IMG/VR virus record: IMGVR_UViG_3300048876_000002
Location: 1 to 63,226 of that record
DNA length: 63,226 nucleotides
Origin: a virus
Lineage: Duplodnaviria > Caudoviricetes
Direction: 5' to 3' (one strand)
Shown here: positions 27,955-38,048 of the stretch, in pieces
Position numbering within the stretch: the stretch's first letter is position 1
How the letters are laid out: every line of letters starts with the position of its first letter
Made by a program: the position numbers and the translations under genes
Notes under the pieces: generated by a model
What the model saw: only the letters and a program-made list of their open reading frames with translations
Databases searched by the model: none
Told to the model about the DNA's origin: nothing

Positions 27955-28119
27955 TTACTCCTTCTCAGTCTTGCGGTGAATGCGGGTGATTAAAGCATTG
28001 ACTTCCATGGGAGTGTCAAAGGTTAATGACTTCCAGTCGCCGCGAGCGATACCAGCCACTACCGTCAGAGAGTATCCGACATGTACAGGGCGAGGAAGGT
28101 CTTCGATAAACATTTGCAT
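27955..28119 (-). CDS. antisense moron hypothetical protein (54 aa; not in the ORF track)
   Basis: MQMFIEDLPRPV...HRKTEKE*; AAGGAG RBS; TAATG overlap. Confidence 0.5.
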   Translation of the reverse strand: MQMFIEDLPRPVHVGYSLTVVAGIARGDWKSLTFDTPMEVNALITRIHRKTEKE

Positions 28120-28373
28120 TATGGCTCCTTCTCAGTCTCAGGAACGGACACAGCGAACCGCTGAGGCATTCGGATGCGGACAGTAGAACCAATCTTGAAT
28201 TTGTTAACGAAAGCTGGAATGCGCCATTCCTTCAGATTGCAGCGAGCACAAATGCGCTCCTCTTCATCAAGGGTAACCATCAGCCAAGGCATAGATGGTG
28301 GACACTGCGGAAGAGGGCGGGGATGCCAGTAACCCCATTTGTGGCTAAATATTCGACACCAAAACCGTTTCAT
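28119..28373 (-). CDS. antisense moron, Cys/His-containing small protein
   Basis: WCRIFSHKW...ICARC; GAGG RBS. Confidence 0.55.
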   Translation of the reverse strand: MKRFWCRIFSHKWGYWHPRPLPQCPPSMPWLMVTLDEEERICARCNLKEWRIPAFVNKFKIGSTVRIRMPQRFAVSVPETEKEP

Positions 28374-28472
28374 GCCCTCAAGTTTAGCATCATGTACCCC
28401 CCTATGTACACGGCGAATTTTCGGCCTACGAGCGGGCTTTGTACACTCGGCCTCAATCCAGGAGAATGACTA

Positions 28473-29483
28473 ATGCCTGACTTCATCGTAGCTTCAGCAA
28501 CCGCAACTCAGGAAGAAATCGACCATGCTGTGTCTCCCAACTGGCGTGATCCGATGCCCGTCAAGGAACCTGAAGTAAAGACGGAATCCGAAGTTGCAAC
28601 CGAAGAACCCGTGACCACCGAGGAAACTCCGGAGGTCGAGACCGCTCCAGACTCGGAACTGGAAACCACGCAGGAACCACCACAGAAAGGCAAAGGCGGA
28701 TTCCAGAAGAAAATCGACAAGCTCACAAGGGAAAAAGGGGAAATTCAAAGTCGCGCCGATTCATTGGCGCAAGAGTTAGTGGAGTTCAAGAGTCGTTTTG
28801 AGGCTATCGAAGCCCGTTTGGCAGGGAAACCTGCTGCGACGGAAGAAACGCCTGTTAAAACCGCTCCAGACGCTCCCGCAAAGCCCCTTGAGAGCGATAT
28901 CGGGACCAAGTACAAGGATTGGAACGAGTATAACGAGGCCCTGATTGACTGGAAGGCTGACCGTCGCTTAGACGCCAAACTGGCCGAACGCGACAAAACG
29001 GCTGAAGCACGAGAAGCAGGAGAAATTCAGGAAGCACGAGACAGTGGGTACAGCGAGACCGCAAAAGAGTTTGCCGTGACGGTGCCGGATTTCAATGAAG
29101 CTATCACGGCGGCGACGAAGGCTGGCATGAAGCTCCCAGAGCCGATTATCAACCTGATTAAAGAACTCCCCAACGGCCCCGCAGTGACCTACTACCTCGT
29201 GAAAAATCCTGATGAAGCGCTCGCACTGGTTGAGATGACTCCCCAGATGGGATTTGTCGCAATTGGGCGCATTTCTCAAGGACTCGAAGCCGAAGTCGCG
29301 CAACCTGTGAAAGTTCCCGTAAAACGCCCTTTGAGTGCCGCCCCTCCAGCCGTCAGGCCCGTGGCTGGGGCATCCGCAAGATCGTCCGATTCTCCCACTG
29401 AAATGAGTAAGTCGCGTCCCGACGATTATGTCCGTGCGCGAATGACTCAAATGAAAGAGAGAGACGCGGCACGACGGTACTGA
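28473..29483 (+). CDS. scaffolding protein
   Basis: Acidic N-terminus, GFQKKIDKLT coiled coil, GP...YYL.KNP.EA; between portal and coat. Confidence 0.85.
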   Translation: MPDFIVASATATQEEIDHAVSPNWRDPMPVKEPEVKTESEVATEEPVTTEETPEVETAPDSELETTQEPPQKGKGGFQKKIDKLTREKGEIQSRADSLAQELVEFKSRFEAIEARLAGKPAATEETPVKTAPDAPAKPLESDIGTKYKDWNEYNEALIDWKADRRLDAKLAERDKTAEAREAGEIQEARDSGYSETAKEFAVTVPDFNEAITAATKAGMKLPEPIINLIKELPNGPAVTYYLVKNPDEALALVEMTPQMGFVAIGRISQGLEAEVAQPVKVPVKRPLSAAPPAVRPVAGASARSSDSPTEMSKSRPDDYVRARMTQMKERDAARRY

Positions 29484-29521
29484 AACCGCCTCAGCGGACT
29501 GGCAGAAAACCGAGATAACTT

Positions 29522-30748
29522 GTGAACACACTTCTAACGCCACTGATGATCACGCAAGAAGCGATGATTGTGCTTGTGAATGAACTGAACACGGCGCGTC
29601 ACTTTGATCGCCAGTACGACGACCGCTTCGGAATTCCCGGAGCGAAAATCGGCAACATCATCAACCTCCGCAAACCGCCTCGCTACCTGACTTCTCTTGG
29701 GCAGGCATTGTCCATTGAGGACTCGACCGAAACCAGCGTACCCTTGGTGCTGACACAGCAGCGTCAGTTTGCAATGGCCTTCACGTCGCAGGAGTATGGA
29801 TTGCAGATTGACGATTTCTCCAAGCGGATCGTTCGGCCGGCAATTGAAACTCTGGCAAACATGGTGGATTACGACGCGAACGGGCAGTTTGTCAATCTGT
29901 ACAACGAGCTTGGCACGCCGGGAACGGTGCCAAACACTCGTTTGCTCTACCTGCAAGTAGCGCAGCGGTTGAATGAGGAAGCGGCTCCATTCAAAGACCG
30001 GGTTTGCATTATGACTCCGGCGATGAACACGCTTCTCGTAGATGCTCAGGCTGGACTGTTCCAGGCGTCGGACAAAATCCGCGAGCAGTACAACACTGGA
30101 ATGCAGGGCATGGGCCTCGGATTCTCGTTCAAAATGGACCAGAACGCTCGCAATCAGGTGGTTGGGAAGCAGGGCGGAACTCCGGTAGTGAACGGATCAA
30201 ACCAAACTGGCAACTCAATCATTACGAACGGCTGGAGCAACAGCACTCAAGTATTGAATGCTGGGGATGTCATCTCCATTGGGACTCTGACGGCTGGCTC
30301 GCTGGCCGTGAACCCGCAGAGCCGTCAATCCACGGGAGCGTTGCGGCAGTTTGTCGTGACCGCTAACGTAACCTCAGATGGTTCCGGTAACGCCACGATC
30401 CCGATTTCCGGGCCTTCCGGCTTCGGTATTGTGACGGCTGGGCCATTCCAGACCGTAACCGTGGCACCTTTAACGGGCTGGGCTATCAATGTGCAGGGGG
30501 CTGCGAATACCAGTTCACTGCGCGGCATGGCCTTCGTGGATGATGTTACCTTCGCAATGGGCTGCGCTGATCTGCCGATCTGGCCAAACCAGGTCATCGG
30601 AGAGCGTGCTTCCAGCAAGGAACTCGGCATCAGCATCCGAATTCAACAGGCGTATGACATCTTCGAGGATCGAGCACCGATTCGCGGGGATTTCCTCTAT
30701 GGCTTCGTCACCAAATATCCTGAGACGGGTGTTCGCATAGCGAATTAG
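29522..30748 (+). CDS. major capsid protein, P22 coat-like
   Basis: NTLLT..MIT.EA...L.NEL, GAKIG..I..R.P, MDQN, R.D.LYG. Confidence 0.92.
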   Translation: MNTLLTPLMITQEAMIVLVNELNTARHFDRQYDDRFGIPGAKIGNIINLRKPPRYLTSLGQALSIEDSTETSVPLVLTQQRQFAMAFTSQEYGLQIDDFSKRIVRPAIETLANMVDYDANGQFVNLYNELGTPGTVPNTRLLYLQVAQRLNEEAAPFKDRVCIMTPAMNTLLVDAQAGLFQASDKIREQYNTGMQGMGLGFSFKMDQNARNQVVGKQGGTPVVNGSNQTGNSIITNGWSNSTQVLNAGDVISIGTLTAGSLAVNPQSRQSTGALRQFVVTANVTSDGSGNATIPISGPSGFGIVTAGPFQTVTVAPLTGWAINVQGAANTSSLRGMAFVDDVTFAMGCADLPIWPNQVIGERASSKELGISIRIQQAYDIFEDRAPIRGDFLYGFVTKYPETGVRIAN

Positions 30749-30776
30749 CGCCAATAGCTAAAGGAGAATATTTAAC

Positions 30777-31568
30777 ATGTCAACGAAACTCACTTCTACC
30801 ACACTATCCGCTGCGGTTGCCGGAGGGACGAATGCGCCGAACTCGGTGATTCTTGCCTCCGTGACAGGAGTGGCGGCTCCTACGGCTGGCGGCGGAATTC
30901 AAACCATGCTGCTGATTGACGGCGAATTAATGACTGTTCAATCGGTCAACACGGTATCGCTGGTCGCAACCGTTCAACGTGGGCAAGGAGGGACGAAAGT
31001 CGCTCCTCATGGCAATGGCGCAACTGTATGGCTTGCCGATCCCACGTTTTTCGCGCAGTACAACTATGGCGGCGTCGGAAAGTTAAGTGGGCGCTACCGC
31101 TTCTTCACGGCAGACGCGCTTCAGGCCAGCTTGACGGCCTTGGGTACTTCCACTGCTGATACTGCTGGGGGCATCTTCTTGGCAGATGTCAACGTTGATC
31201 GTCTGTTAGTTTCAACGGGTGCCGCTGTGCTGAACGGCGCTACCGTGGGAACTGACCTCAACGTTGTCCTGCTCTACGATGCCAGCGGCACGCTGATTGC
31301 AAACAGCAATGCCGTGGGCGCTGTGACGGCGGGTGCTTCCGCCTTCCAGCAGAGAGCATGGGTCAATCCAGTGATTTTGGTTCCGGGGCAATACTTCCTC
31401 GGCTACCAGACCAACGGAACGACCGACAACTTCCAGACCATCAAGACCGCGACATGGGTCAATGTGCTGGCAGGAACCTTGACCGGAACCTTCGGAACGT
31501 TCCCGAACCCGATCACTTTGCCGGCCACGTTCACGGCTGACAAAGGGCCTTTCGGCTACATTTACTAG
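30777..31568 (+). CDS. capsid decoration/cement protein (putative)
   Basis: Directly after the coat gene; TTLSAA, IDGELM.V, V.RG..GT..A.H..GA.V. Confidence 0.6.
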   Translation: MSTKLTSTTLSAAVAGGTNAPNSVILASVTGVAAPTAGGGIQTMLLIDGELMTVQSVNTVSLVATVQRGQGGTKVAPHGNGATVWLADPTFFAQYNYGGVGKLSGRYRFFTADALQASLTALGTSTADTAGGIFLADVNVDRLLVSTGAAVLNGATVGTDLNVVLLYDASGTLIANSNAVGAVTAGASAFQQRAWVNPVILVPGQYFLGYQTNGTTDNFQTIKTATWVNVLAGTLTGTFGTFPNPITLPATFTADKGPFGYIY

Positions 31569-31587
31569 AGCCTGAAGGGTACATTAC

Positions 31588-31621
31588 TAGCGGCGTCTCG
31601 TGAGGGACGCCGCCTATTTTC
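31588..31621 (+). terminator. intrinsic terminator after the capsid genes
   Basis: GCGGCGTC-loop-GACGCCGC followed by CTATTTT. Confidence 0.7.
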
Positions 31622-31634
31622 AATAGGAGGAATC

Positions 31635-32081
31635 ATGCAGCAACCAACTCTTAACGGAGTGCAGAAACCGAGCGATGTGATTGCGAAAGGGCCGCACCGC
31701 TTCAATGAAGGAACGCGAAAGTATGAGGAAGTCCCGGCCTTGTTTCCAGAGTTCCCTCGTGCAATGTGGCACGCAACCAAGGGCTACTGTGAAGCCTCAA
31801 GCAAAGACCACCAAGCGGTACTGGAATCGGAAGGCTGGCAGAGTAAGCCGTTCCCTGAGAAGATTGTTGCCAAAAAGGAAGACGTAGTTCCTGCATCTGG
31901 TGACGTGGCTGCAATCGTGGTCCAGCAGATGAAGGAAATGCAGTTGATGCGGGAGCAGATGCAGGCATTGCAGAATCAGGTCAGCCTAGCCCCGCAAGTC
32001 CAATTGTCGCAATCAGGCGAATTTCTCAAAGCGCAAGTCCCGGTAGCCGAAACGCCTCGCCGCAAGGAAAAGGGCGAGTAA
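31635..32081 (+). CDS. hypothetical protein
   Basis: AGGAGG RBS; EFP..MW.....GW motif. Confidence 0.6.
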   Translation: MQQPTLNGVQKPSDVIAKGPHRFNEGTRKYEEVPALFPEFPRAMWHATKGYCEASSKDHQAVLESEGWQSKPFPEKIVAKKEDVVPASGDVAAIVVQQMKEMQLMREQMQALQNQVSLAPQVQLSQSGEFLKAQVPVAETPRRKEKGE

Positions 32082-32855
32082 GTGCCTGTCCCTCCCGTAA
32101 CTCCCCCGACGCCGGGGATGAGCGTGTCTGGCCTAGACATCATCAAGGGGGCCATGCGGGCAGTCAACATCCTCAGTGCGGGGAGAAATCCAACTCCAGA
32201 CGAGTTGGCGGATTACCTCGCCATCTTGAATCAGTTTTTGGATTCCTGCAATGCGGAACGATTGATGATTTTCACGGTCAATCGACTTGGGCCATTCAAT
32301 CTCATACCGGGACAACAGGCTTATACAGTGGGAAGTGGTGGAGTTATCAACATCCCGCGCCCTCCGCGTATCGAGAGCATCTCGGTACTGTGGTTGGGGA
32401 ATCCAGTCCAGCCATCCGAGATATTCATGGATCCGGTGGACGAACAGGGATGGGGCGCAATCCCGGTCAAAAACATCGGAGCACCGTTGCCGCAAACAGT
32501 ATGGGATGACGGAGGTTTCCCATTACGAACACTAAGTTATTACCCATTCCCAACCGTCGCTATCGAGACTGTGTTGTATGCGTGGCAGGCGTTGTCGTTC
32601 TTCCCTGACCTTGTAACAAAGTTATCCTTCCCCCCTGGCTATCTTGAATTTATTCGCTGGAACCTTGCTCTCAGACTCGACAATGCTCAGATCACTCCTC
32701 AGGTGCAGGGCCTCGCCGCCGAGTCTAAGGCTAGGATTAAGAGCTTCAACGCCCCTACCATCACAGTGCAACCGGATATCGGAGGTTTGGTTGGCACCGG
32801 CGCGCAGTGGAATTGGCTCTCCGATACTCCGATTGTGCGAGGGCGAGGAATTTAA
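32082..32855 (+). CDS. head-to-tail adaptor (P22 gp4-like position)
   Basis: DII.GAMR....L..G..P...E..D.L..LN; PPGY...IRWNLA.RL. Confidence 0.75.
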   Translation: MPVPPVTPPTPGMSVSGLDIIKGAMRAVNILSAGRNPTPDELADYLAILNQFLDSCNAERLMIFTVNRLGPFNLIPGQQAYTVGSGGVINIPRPPRIESISVLWLGNPVQPSEIFMDPVDEQGWGAIPVKNIGAPLPQTVWDDGGFPLRTLSYYPFPTVAIETVLYAWQALSFFPDLVTKLSFPPGYLEFIRWNLALRLDNAQITPQVQGLAAESKARIKSFNAPTITVQPDIGGLVGTGAQWNWLSDTPIVRGRGI

Positions 32856-34387
32856 TGGCTCGCATAAACTTCTGCGGCGGATCGTATCAGAGTGCCAGCC
32901 CTAACGCCGATTGCCAATACACCCAAAACTGGATGCCAGAAGCCATTGAAAGCGGGATGGGTGTTTCGGGCATGGTCATGTACCGCAGTCCCGGCCTCGC
33001 GGTATTTGCCACTTTGGACGGTATGACATCGGTTGTCATGGGCTATGAGTTCGGCACCGGAACTTCCGCGAGAGCATTTGTAGTCGCGCAGGACTTGCAG
33101 AGTCAGTACCTTTGGGAAGTGTTTGCGAACAAGACCGTGCTCCCTCGCGGCACCTTGGGACCAGCAAACGGTCTAGCATCAATGGTCGCAAACAATGCGA
33201 ATCAACTGCTGGTGTGTAGTTCAGGAACGCTCTGGATACTGTCGCTGACCACAAACATTCTGCTGCAACTTGACACGACCAGCGGAACTATCTTGATCGG
33301 ACCTGTGGCTAGCATACATTTCAGTGATGGGTTTTTCGTTGCCCATATTCAGAACTCTCAAACCTTGCAAGTATCGTCACTTTTGAACGGATCGGCGACA
33401 GGATGGAGTCCACTAAACTTCACAACTGTTTCAGTGTTCGCCGATCAGATCATTGCCATTCTGGTAGATCATCGGGAAGTATGGGCATGGGGGCCAAAGC
33501 AGACGATTCCTTACTTCGATGCGGGAGCGCCTATTTTCCCATACCTTCCAGCACCGGGCGGATTTATTGAGCAAGGCTTGATCGCCCCCGCAAGTCCGGT
33601 GAAACTCGATAATAGCGTCATGTGGCTAGGCGGAGATGATCGAGGCTACGGAATAGCATGGCGGGCGAATGGCTACCTTCCGACGCGCATCAGTAATCAT
33701 GCCTTAGAAACCGAATGGCAGAGCTATCCGACCATCACGGATGCAATCGGGTTTTCCTTTCAGGACAGAGGGCACTCAATCGCTCAATGGTACTTCCCGA
33801 GTGGGGGGAAGACATTTCGCTACGATGTGGCGACGGGCCTTTGGACCAATGCGACTTATAACCAAAGTGGTTTACCAACAGCCCATTTGAGCCGCTGTCA
33901 CTGGATGGCCTTTGGGAAACATCTTGTCGGCGACCGGCAGAGTGGGACGGTATATGAGATGTCGCCAGCATTCCTCACCGATGCAGGAGTTCTGATTCAG
34001 CGCGTGCGACGTGGAGCAACTGTAGCGGCAGAGCAGGAATTCATGCACCTGAATAAATTTCAGGTGTATTTGGAGGCTGGGTTAGGGCCGGAACCTCCGC
34101 TTCTGGACTCTAAACGCAATCCCCGCGATCCAGAGATGTACTTCCGCGACAGCAGGGATGGGGGGCATAGTTGGAGCGATCCGGTAACGATGGACTGTGG
34201 GCAGGCGGGAGACTTTCAGAAGATCGCCGAAGTTAGACGGTTGGGCCGAGCGCGAAGCTGGGTTCCTGAAATTAGCACCACAGACCCGGTTGATTGGAAA
34301 ATTATTGACGGCTACCTTGAGGCTCCGGGGGCTGACTTTGCTCCTCATCAGCAACGGCTTGTGAAGAAATTCGCACAGATGGCATGA
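32855..34387 (+). CDS. packaged-DNA stabilisation/tail hub protein, P22 gp10-like
   Basis: GSYQS.S, DG.FV, RISNHA.E, YD.ATG.W, VGD..SG, S.DGGH.WS, RRLG.AR. Confidence 0.85.
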   Translation: MARINFCGGSYQSASPNADCQYTQNWMPEAIESGMGVSGMVMYRSPGLAVFATLDGMTSVVMGYEFGTGTSARAFVVAQDLQSQYLWEVFANKTVLPRGTLGPANGLASMVANNANQLLVCSSGTLWILSLTTNILLQLDTTSGTILIGPVASIHFSDGFFVAHIQNSQTLQVSSLLNGSATGWSPLNFTTVSVFADQIIAILVDHREVWAWGPKQTIPYFDAGAPIFPYLPAPGGFIEQGLIAPASPVKLDNSVMWLGGDDRGYGIAWRANGYLPTRISNHALETEWQSYPTITDAIGFSFQDRGHSIAQWYFPSGGKTFRYDVATGLWTNATYNQSGLPTAHLSRCHWMAFGKHLVGDRQSGTVYEMSPAFLTDAGVLIQRVRRGATVAAEQEFMHLNKFQVYLEAGLGPEPPLLDSKRNPRDPEMYFRDSRDGGHSWSDPVTMDCGQAGDFQKIAEVRRLGRARSWVPEISTTDPVDWKIIDGYLEAPGADFAPHQQRLVKKFAQMA

Positions 34388-34638
34388 GTTCCATCGCTCA
34401 AACATTCGCAGGCTTGCAACGAACTCCTCTTCTGGCAGAAGACGGCCAGAGCGTTGCATGGCAGTGGCAGCAGGGATTTAATAAGCTGTCGCAAGCGGTC
34501 GCCGCCCCAGCATCTTCCGGCAATGTTCCAACTTCCTCCTCTTCGCCGGGAACGTTTGGGCAGATCGCTACTGATGGAATATATGTTTACGTTTATGGCC
34601 TTACAGGTTGGGGGCGAGCAGCCCTGAGTGCCTTCTGA
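34384..34638 (+). CDS. small tail protein (tail-needle position)
   Basis: VP.SSSSPG..GQIA.D..Y.YV...W.R.AL. Confidence 0.5.
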   Translation: MSSIAQTFAGLQRTPLLAEDGQSVAWQWQQGFNKLSQAVAAPASSGNVPTSSSSPGTFGQIATDGIYVYVYGLTGWGRAALSAF

Positions 34639-35063
34639 TGATCCGCACTGCGACAGTACAAGATATTCCGCGCATGGTTGAGATGGGGGAAAGATTTCGC
34701 CACGACAGCACCTACGGGACAAGATTTGCGAAGAATCCTAAGCAAATGGCAGTTCTTGCCGAAAAGTTGATCGCAAAGGACAGTGCGTTACTGGCGGAGC
34801 GCGACGGCAAGGTTATCGGAATGCTTGGGTATATCGTGTATGAGCATTTTGTGTCTGGTGAGACGTTCGCTGGGGAAGTATTTTGGTGGGTTGAGCCTGA
34901 GTTCGCTGGGGATGGGCCGCGACTCATGCGAGAAGCCGAGAAGAGAGCGAAACAGGCGGGTGCAGTGGAAATGCAGATGATCGCCCCAACCGAAAAGGTG
35001 GCTAAATTCTATGAGCGCTGCAACTATGCGTTTGTCGAATCCACCTACCAGAAAACCCTGTGA
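34638..35063 (+). CDS. GNAT-fold acetyltransferase (P22 gp14-like position)
   Basis: IR.AT..D, WWVEPE..G.G..L...E..AK..G, FY.R..Y. Confidence 0.8.
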   Translation: MIRTATVQDIPRMVEMGERFRHDSTYGTRFAKNPKQMAVLAEKLIAKDSALLAERDGKVIGMLGYIVYEHFVSGETFAGEVFWWVEPEFAGDGPRLMREAEKRAKQAGAVEMQMIAPTEKVAKFYERCNYAFVESTYQKTL

Positions 35064-35647
35064 CCGAAATCCTTCAATTCGACAATTTTGCCCTAGATGC
35101 TCCTGAAGTTCGGGATGCAGTAGTGTCAGGCGGATTTGCGACCGAAAAGGGGCCTGATGGGGCGATGTATACAGGGATTTCAAGACATCCAGTGCCGCAG
35201 TGGTACGACCGAATCTCAGACTTTATCGGATTGCCAATCACTCCACGTTTATCGTGCTTTCGGCTGAATCTAGCCGGAGAGCTGCCACACTCTTGGGTGC
35301 ATTCCGATGACATCTGCGCCCGTTTTGCAAGTGTGCTTTATCTCAATCTTCCGTGGCAATGCAGAGGCGGAACGGCCTTCTGGAAGCACAGAACACTTGG
35401 AATTTACGGGCTTCCGCCAAAAGACACTCTTGAGGATTGGCAACAGTTCTATCGCATGATTGAGGGCGAATGGAAAAAGCAGGACGTGTGGGAGCAGACT
35501 ACCTATGTGGCGATGAAATTCAATCGCTTCATTACCTACCCAACTTCTCTGTTCCATAGTCGCTTCCCTTTTGAGGGCTTTGGCTCTGGCCCGAGCGATG
35601 GCCGTCTCATCTGGATTTGCTTCTATGATCTTGAGGATGAAGCATGA
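35060..35647 (+). CDS. 2OG-Fe(II) oxygenase-like (DUF6445-like) protein
   Basis: HSD...ASVLYL...GGTAF.KH...FNR...Y....FHS...RL (HxD...H...R). Confidence 0.7.
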   Translation: MTEILQFDNFALDAPEVRDAVVSGGFATEKGPDGAMYTGISRHPVPQWYDRISDFIGLPITPRLSCFRLNLAGELPHSWVHSDDICARFASVLYLNLPWQCRGGTAFWKHRTLGIYGLPPKDTLEDWQQFYRMIEGEWKKQDVWEQTTYVAMKFNRFITYPTSLFHSRFPFEGFGSGPSDGRLIWICFYDLEDEA

Positions 35648-36456
35648 GTGTAGCGGCCACTACAGCGTTAGCTATTGGTGGTATCGCTGCTGCTGGTGTC
35701 AGTGGTGGGCTGGCTTATGCTGGACAGAGCCAAGTAGCGGGAGCCGCCAATAGTGCCGCAGATTTACAGGCACAGGAAGCGCAGCAAGCCCTTGATTTCC
35801 AGAAGCAGGAATTTAATACTCAACAGGCTAACCAAGCCCCATTCCTTAAAGCTGGCCAGACTGCGGTTACTGATCTTTCTTCTTTGCTTGCTCCAGGCGG
35901 CTCTTTATCGCAGCCTTGGACTGGAACATTCCAAGCCCCCACGGCAGCGCAGGCGCAGGCAACGCCTGGATATGAATTCACTCTCGCGCAGGGCCGTGAT
36001 GCGATTCAGAATTCAGCGGCGGCAACGGGGAATGTCCTTAGCGGTGGCACCCTCGCATCACTGGATCAATATTCTCAAGGGCTGGCTTCGACGGATTACC
36101 AACAGGCGTTCAACAACGCACTGACGCAGTACGGCACGGCCTACAACACATTCCAGAATAATCAGGCAAACCAGTTCAATCGCCTAGCTTCAGTCGCGGG
36201 TCTTGGGCAAACTTCGGCAGCGCAATTAGGACAGACGGGCCAGCAGGCGGCGAACAATGTGAGCAATGTCAATCTGACAACCGGAGCGCAGCAAGGTCAG
36301 GATATGCTCAATGCGGCATCTGCGACGGCCAGCGGGTATAACGCTATCGGGAACAGTTTTGGAAGCTTCGCCAACATGCTCCCTCTCTATAGCCTGATGA
36401 GTCAGAATCAGAATTCAGGTGTGAACATAAATCCTAATGCGGCAACGCTAGGCTAA
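35644..36456 (+). CDS. DNA ejection/pilot protein (gp7-like)
   Basis: Gly/Ala hydrophobic N-terminus, PGY.F.L.QG..A..NSAAA.G..LSG.TL. Confidence 0.75.
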   Translation: MSVAATTALAIGGIAAAGVSGGLAYAGQSQVAGAANSAADLQAQEAQQALDFQKQEFNTQQANQAPFLKAGQTAVTDLSSLLAPGGSLSQPWTGTFQAPTAAQAQATPGYEFTLAQGRDAIQNSAAATGNVLSGGTLASLDQYSQGLASTDYQQAFNNALTQYGTAYNTFQNNQANQFNRLASVAGLGQTSAAQLGQTGQQAANNVSNVNLTTGAQQGQDMLNAASATASGYNAIGNSFGSFANMLPLYSLMSQNQNSGVNINPNAATLG

Positions 36457-36458
36457 TC

Positions 36459-38048
36459 ATGGGCGCACTGAATCACATTCCACCGCTGGCGATTCCACCT
36501 GAGCAGCCGCCTGACCCGCTCGCTCAGTATGGGAAGATGCAGAGCATTGCTGCGCTGGGCGCTCAGAGGCAACAGCAGCAAGCCATGATGCCTGGGCAGC
36601 TTGAGCAACAAAGGCAGCAGATTGAAGCAGCCGCGCTTGAGAATCAGCAGAAGACGAGAACGTTGAAGCAGGGGCAAGCGCTTGACGCGGCCTTTCAGGG
36701 GGCATTAACGCCCGATCCGGTAACAGGGCAGCCAAAGTTCGATTCAGGAAAAGTTATAAGCCAAGTTGCGGCGTCGGGCAATGGTTCTCTTGTTCCACAA
36801 CTGACCGAAACGTTCACTAAACTTGATCAGGGCAAGGCGACTCTACTAAAGACGAAGCAGGAAGCCGCATCTCAGATGCAAGATTATATGGGGAGTTTGG
36901 GAGCGGAGATTAAGGCGGCTGGGTACACGCCGGGGGCTGCTGGTGTTGCACTAGCTCATCTTTCGGAAGTTGATCCGAACGCGGCGGCGCAGTTAAAGCA
37001 GCAATTCACTGCTGATCCAACGTCGATTCAGAAGATGGCGGATGCCGCGATTGCAGCTTCTCCAAAACAGCAGCAAGCGGTAAAGGATGCAGCACAAGCA
37101 GGACAGGCCACAGCAGAGACTAATCTAAAGAGTGCCCAATTAACCGGGGCGCAGGGCAGTGGAATTGCACCGGGCGTGCCTCTTGAGAACCAGGAAGCGG
37201 CAGCATGGTTAAAACAAAATCCGACGAAGAATCTGGCTGACTATGCCAAGTACCATGCCTCATTAAATCCCATTGCACAAATTCAAGCCGCGAACTCCGC
37301 TGGAGGAGGCTTACAGCAAACCGCTATCGACCAAGCGGCGGAACGGTATGCGACTACCGGACAATTACCTCCTGCTGCACGTGGCGTGGCCGGACTGGCT
37401 CAGAATCGCCAGATTATGAACCGGGCGGCAGAACTTCACCCAGAAGGGAATCTCGCGGAGAACTCGGCAGAGTATGCGGCTAATAAATCATCCCTGACAG
37501 GATTACAGAAGAATTTCGATCAGGTTTCTGCCTTCGAAAATACTGCTGGAAAGAATCTTGACGTGTTCCTTAAAACTGCGAAGTCGGTAGTTGATTCTGG
37601 GAGTCCTTGGATCAACCAGCCGTTGCGCTCAGTGGCTACGGGCGCTCTTGGCAGTTCCGATCAAGCCGCCTTCAATGCGGCTAGGCAGACGGCAGTAACG
37701 GAAATCGCCAAAGTCCTGAATTCCTCAAATGCTTCTGGTGTACTGTCAGATTCGGCGCGTCATGAAGTGGAAGGATTGATAGGGCCGACTGCCACGCTGA
37801 AGCAGATTTACTCGGCGGCGAACATCCTCAAGCAGGACATGGCCAATCGGCACCAGGCTTATCAAGATCAAATTAACGACATCAAGAGCCGTGGTGTGAA
37901 GCCGGGGAATCAACCTCAGCAGAACGCGCAACCTCCATCTCAATCTCAAGGTGCGGGAACTGGCGAAGCGCAGAAATTCTCCCATGTTAGTGCCAGCGGA
38001 GACTATGGCTGGGACGGAACGCAATGGGTGAAGATCGCGAAGAAATAA
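36459..38048 (+). CDS. DNA ejection protein (gp20-like position)
   Basis: Gln/Ala-rich helical, no Cys; synteny. Confidence 0.6.
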   Translation: MGALNHIPPLAIPPEQPPDPLAQYGKMQSIAALGAQRQQQQAMMPGQLEQQRQQIEAAALENQQKTRTLKQGQALDAAFQGALTPDPVTGQPKFDSGKVISQVAASGNGSLVPQLTETFTKLDQGKATLLKTKQEAASQMQDYMGSLGAEIKAAGYTPGAAGVALAHLSEVDPNAAAQLKQQFTADPTSIQKMADAAIAASPKQQQAVKDAAQAGQATAETNLKSAQLTGAQGSGIAPGVPLENQEAAAWLKQNPTKNLADYAKYHASLNPIAQIQAANSAGGGLQQTAIDQAAERYATTGQLPPAARGVAGLAQNRQIMNRAAELHPEGNLAENSAEYAANKSSLTGLQKNFDQVSAFENTAGKNLDVFLKTAKSVVDSGSPWINQPLRSVATGALGSSDQAAFNAARQTAVTEIAKVLNSSNASGVLSDSARHEVEGLIGPTATLKQIYSAANILKQDMANRHQAYQDQINDIKSRGVKPGNQPQQNAQPPSQSQGAGTGEAQKFSHVSASGDYGWDGTQWVKIAKK

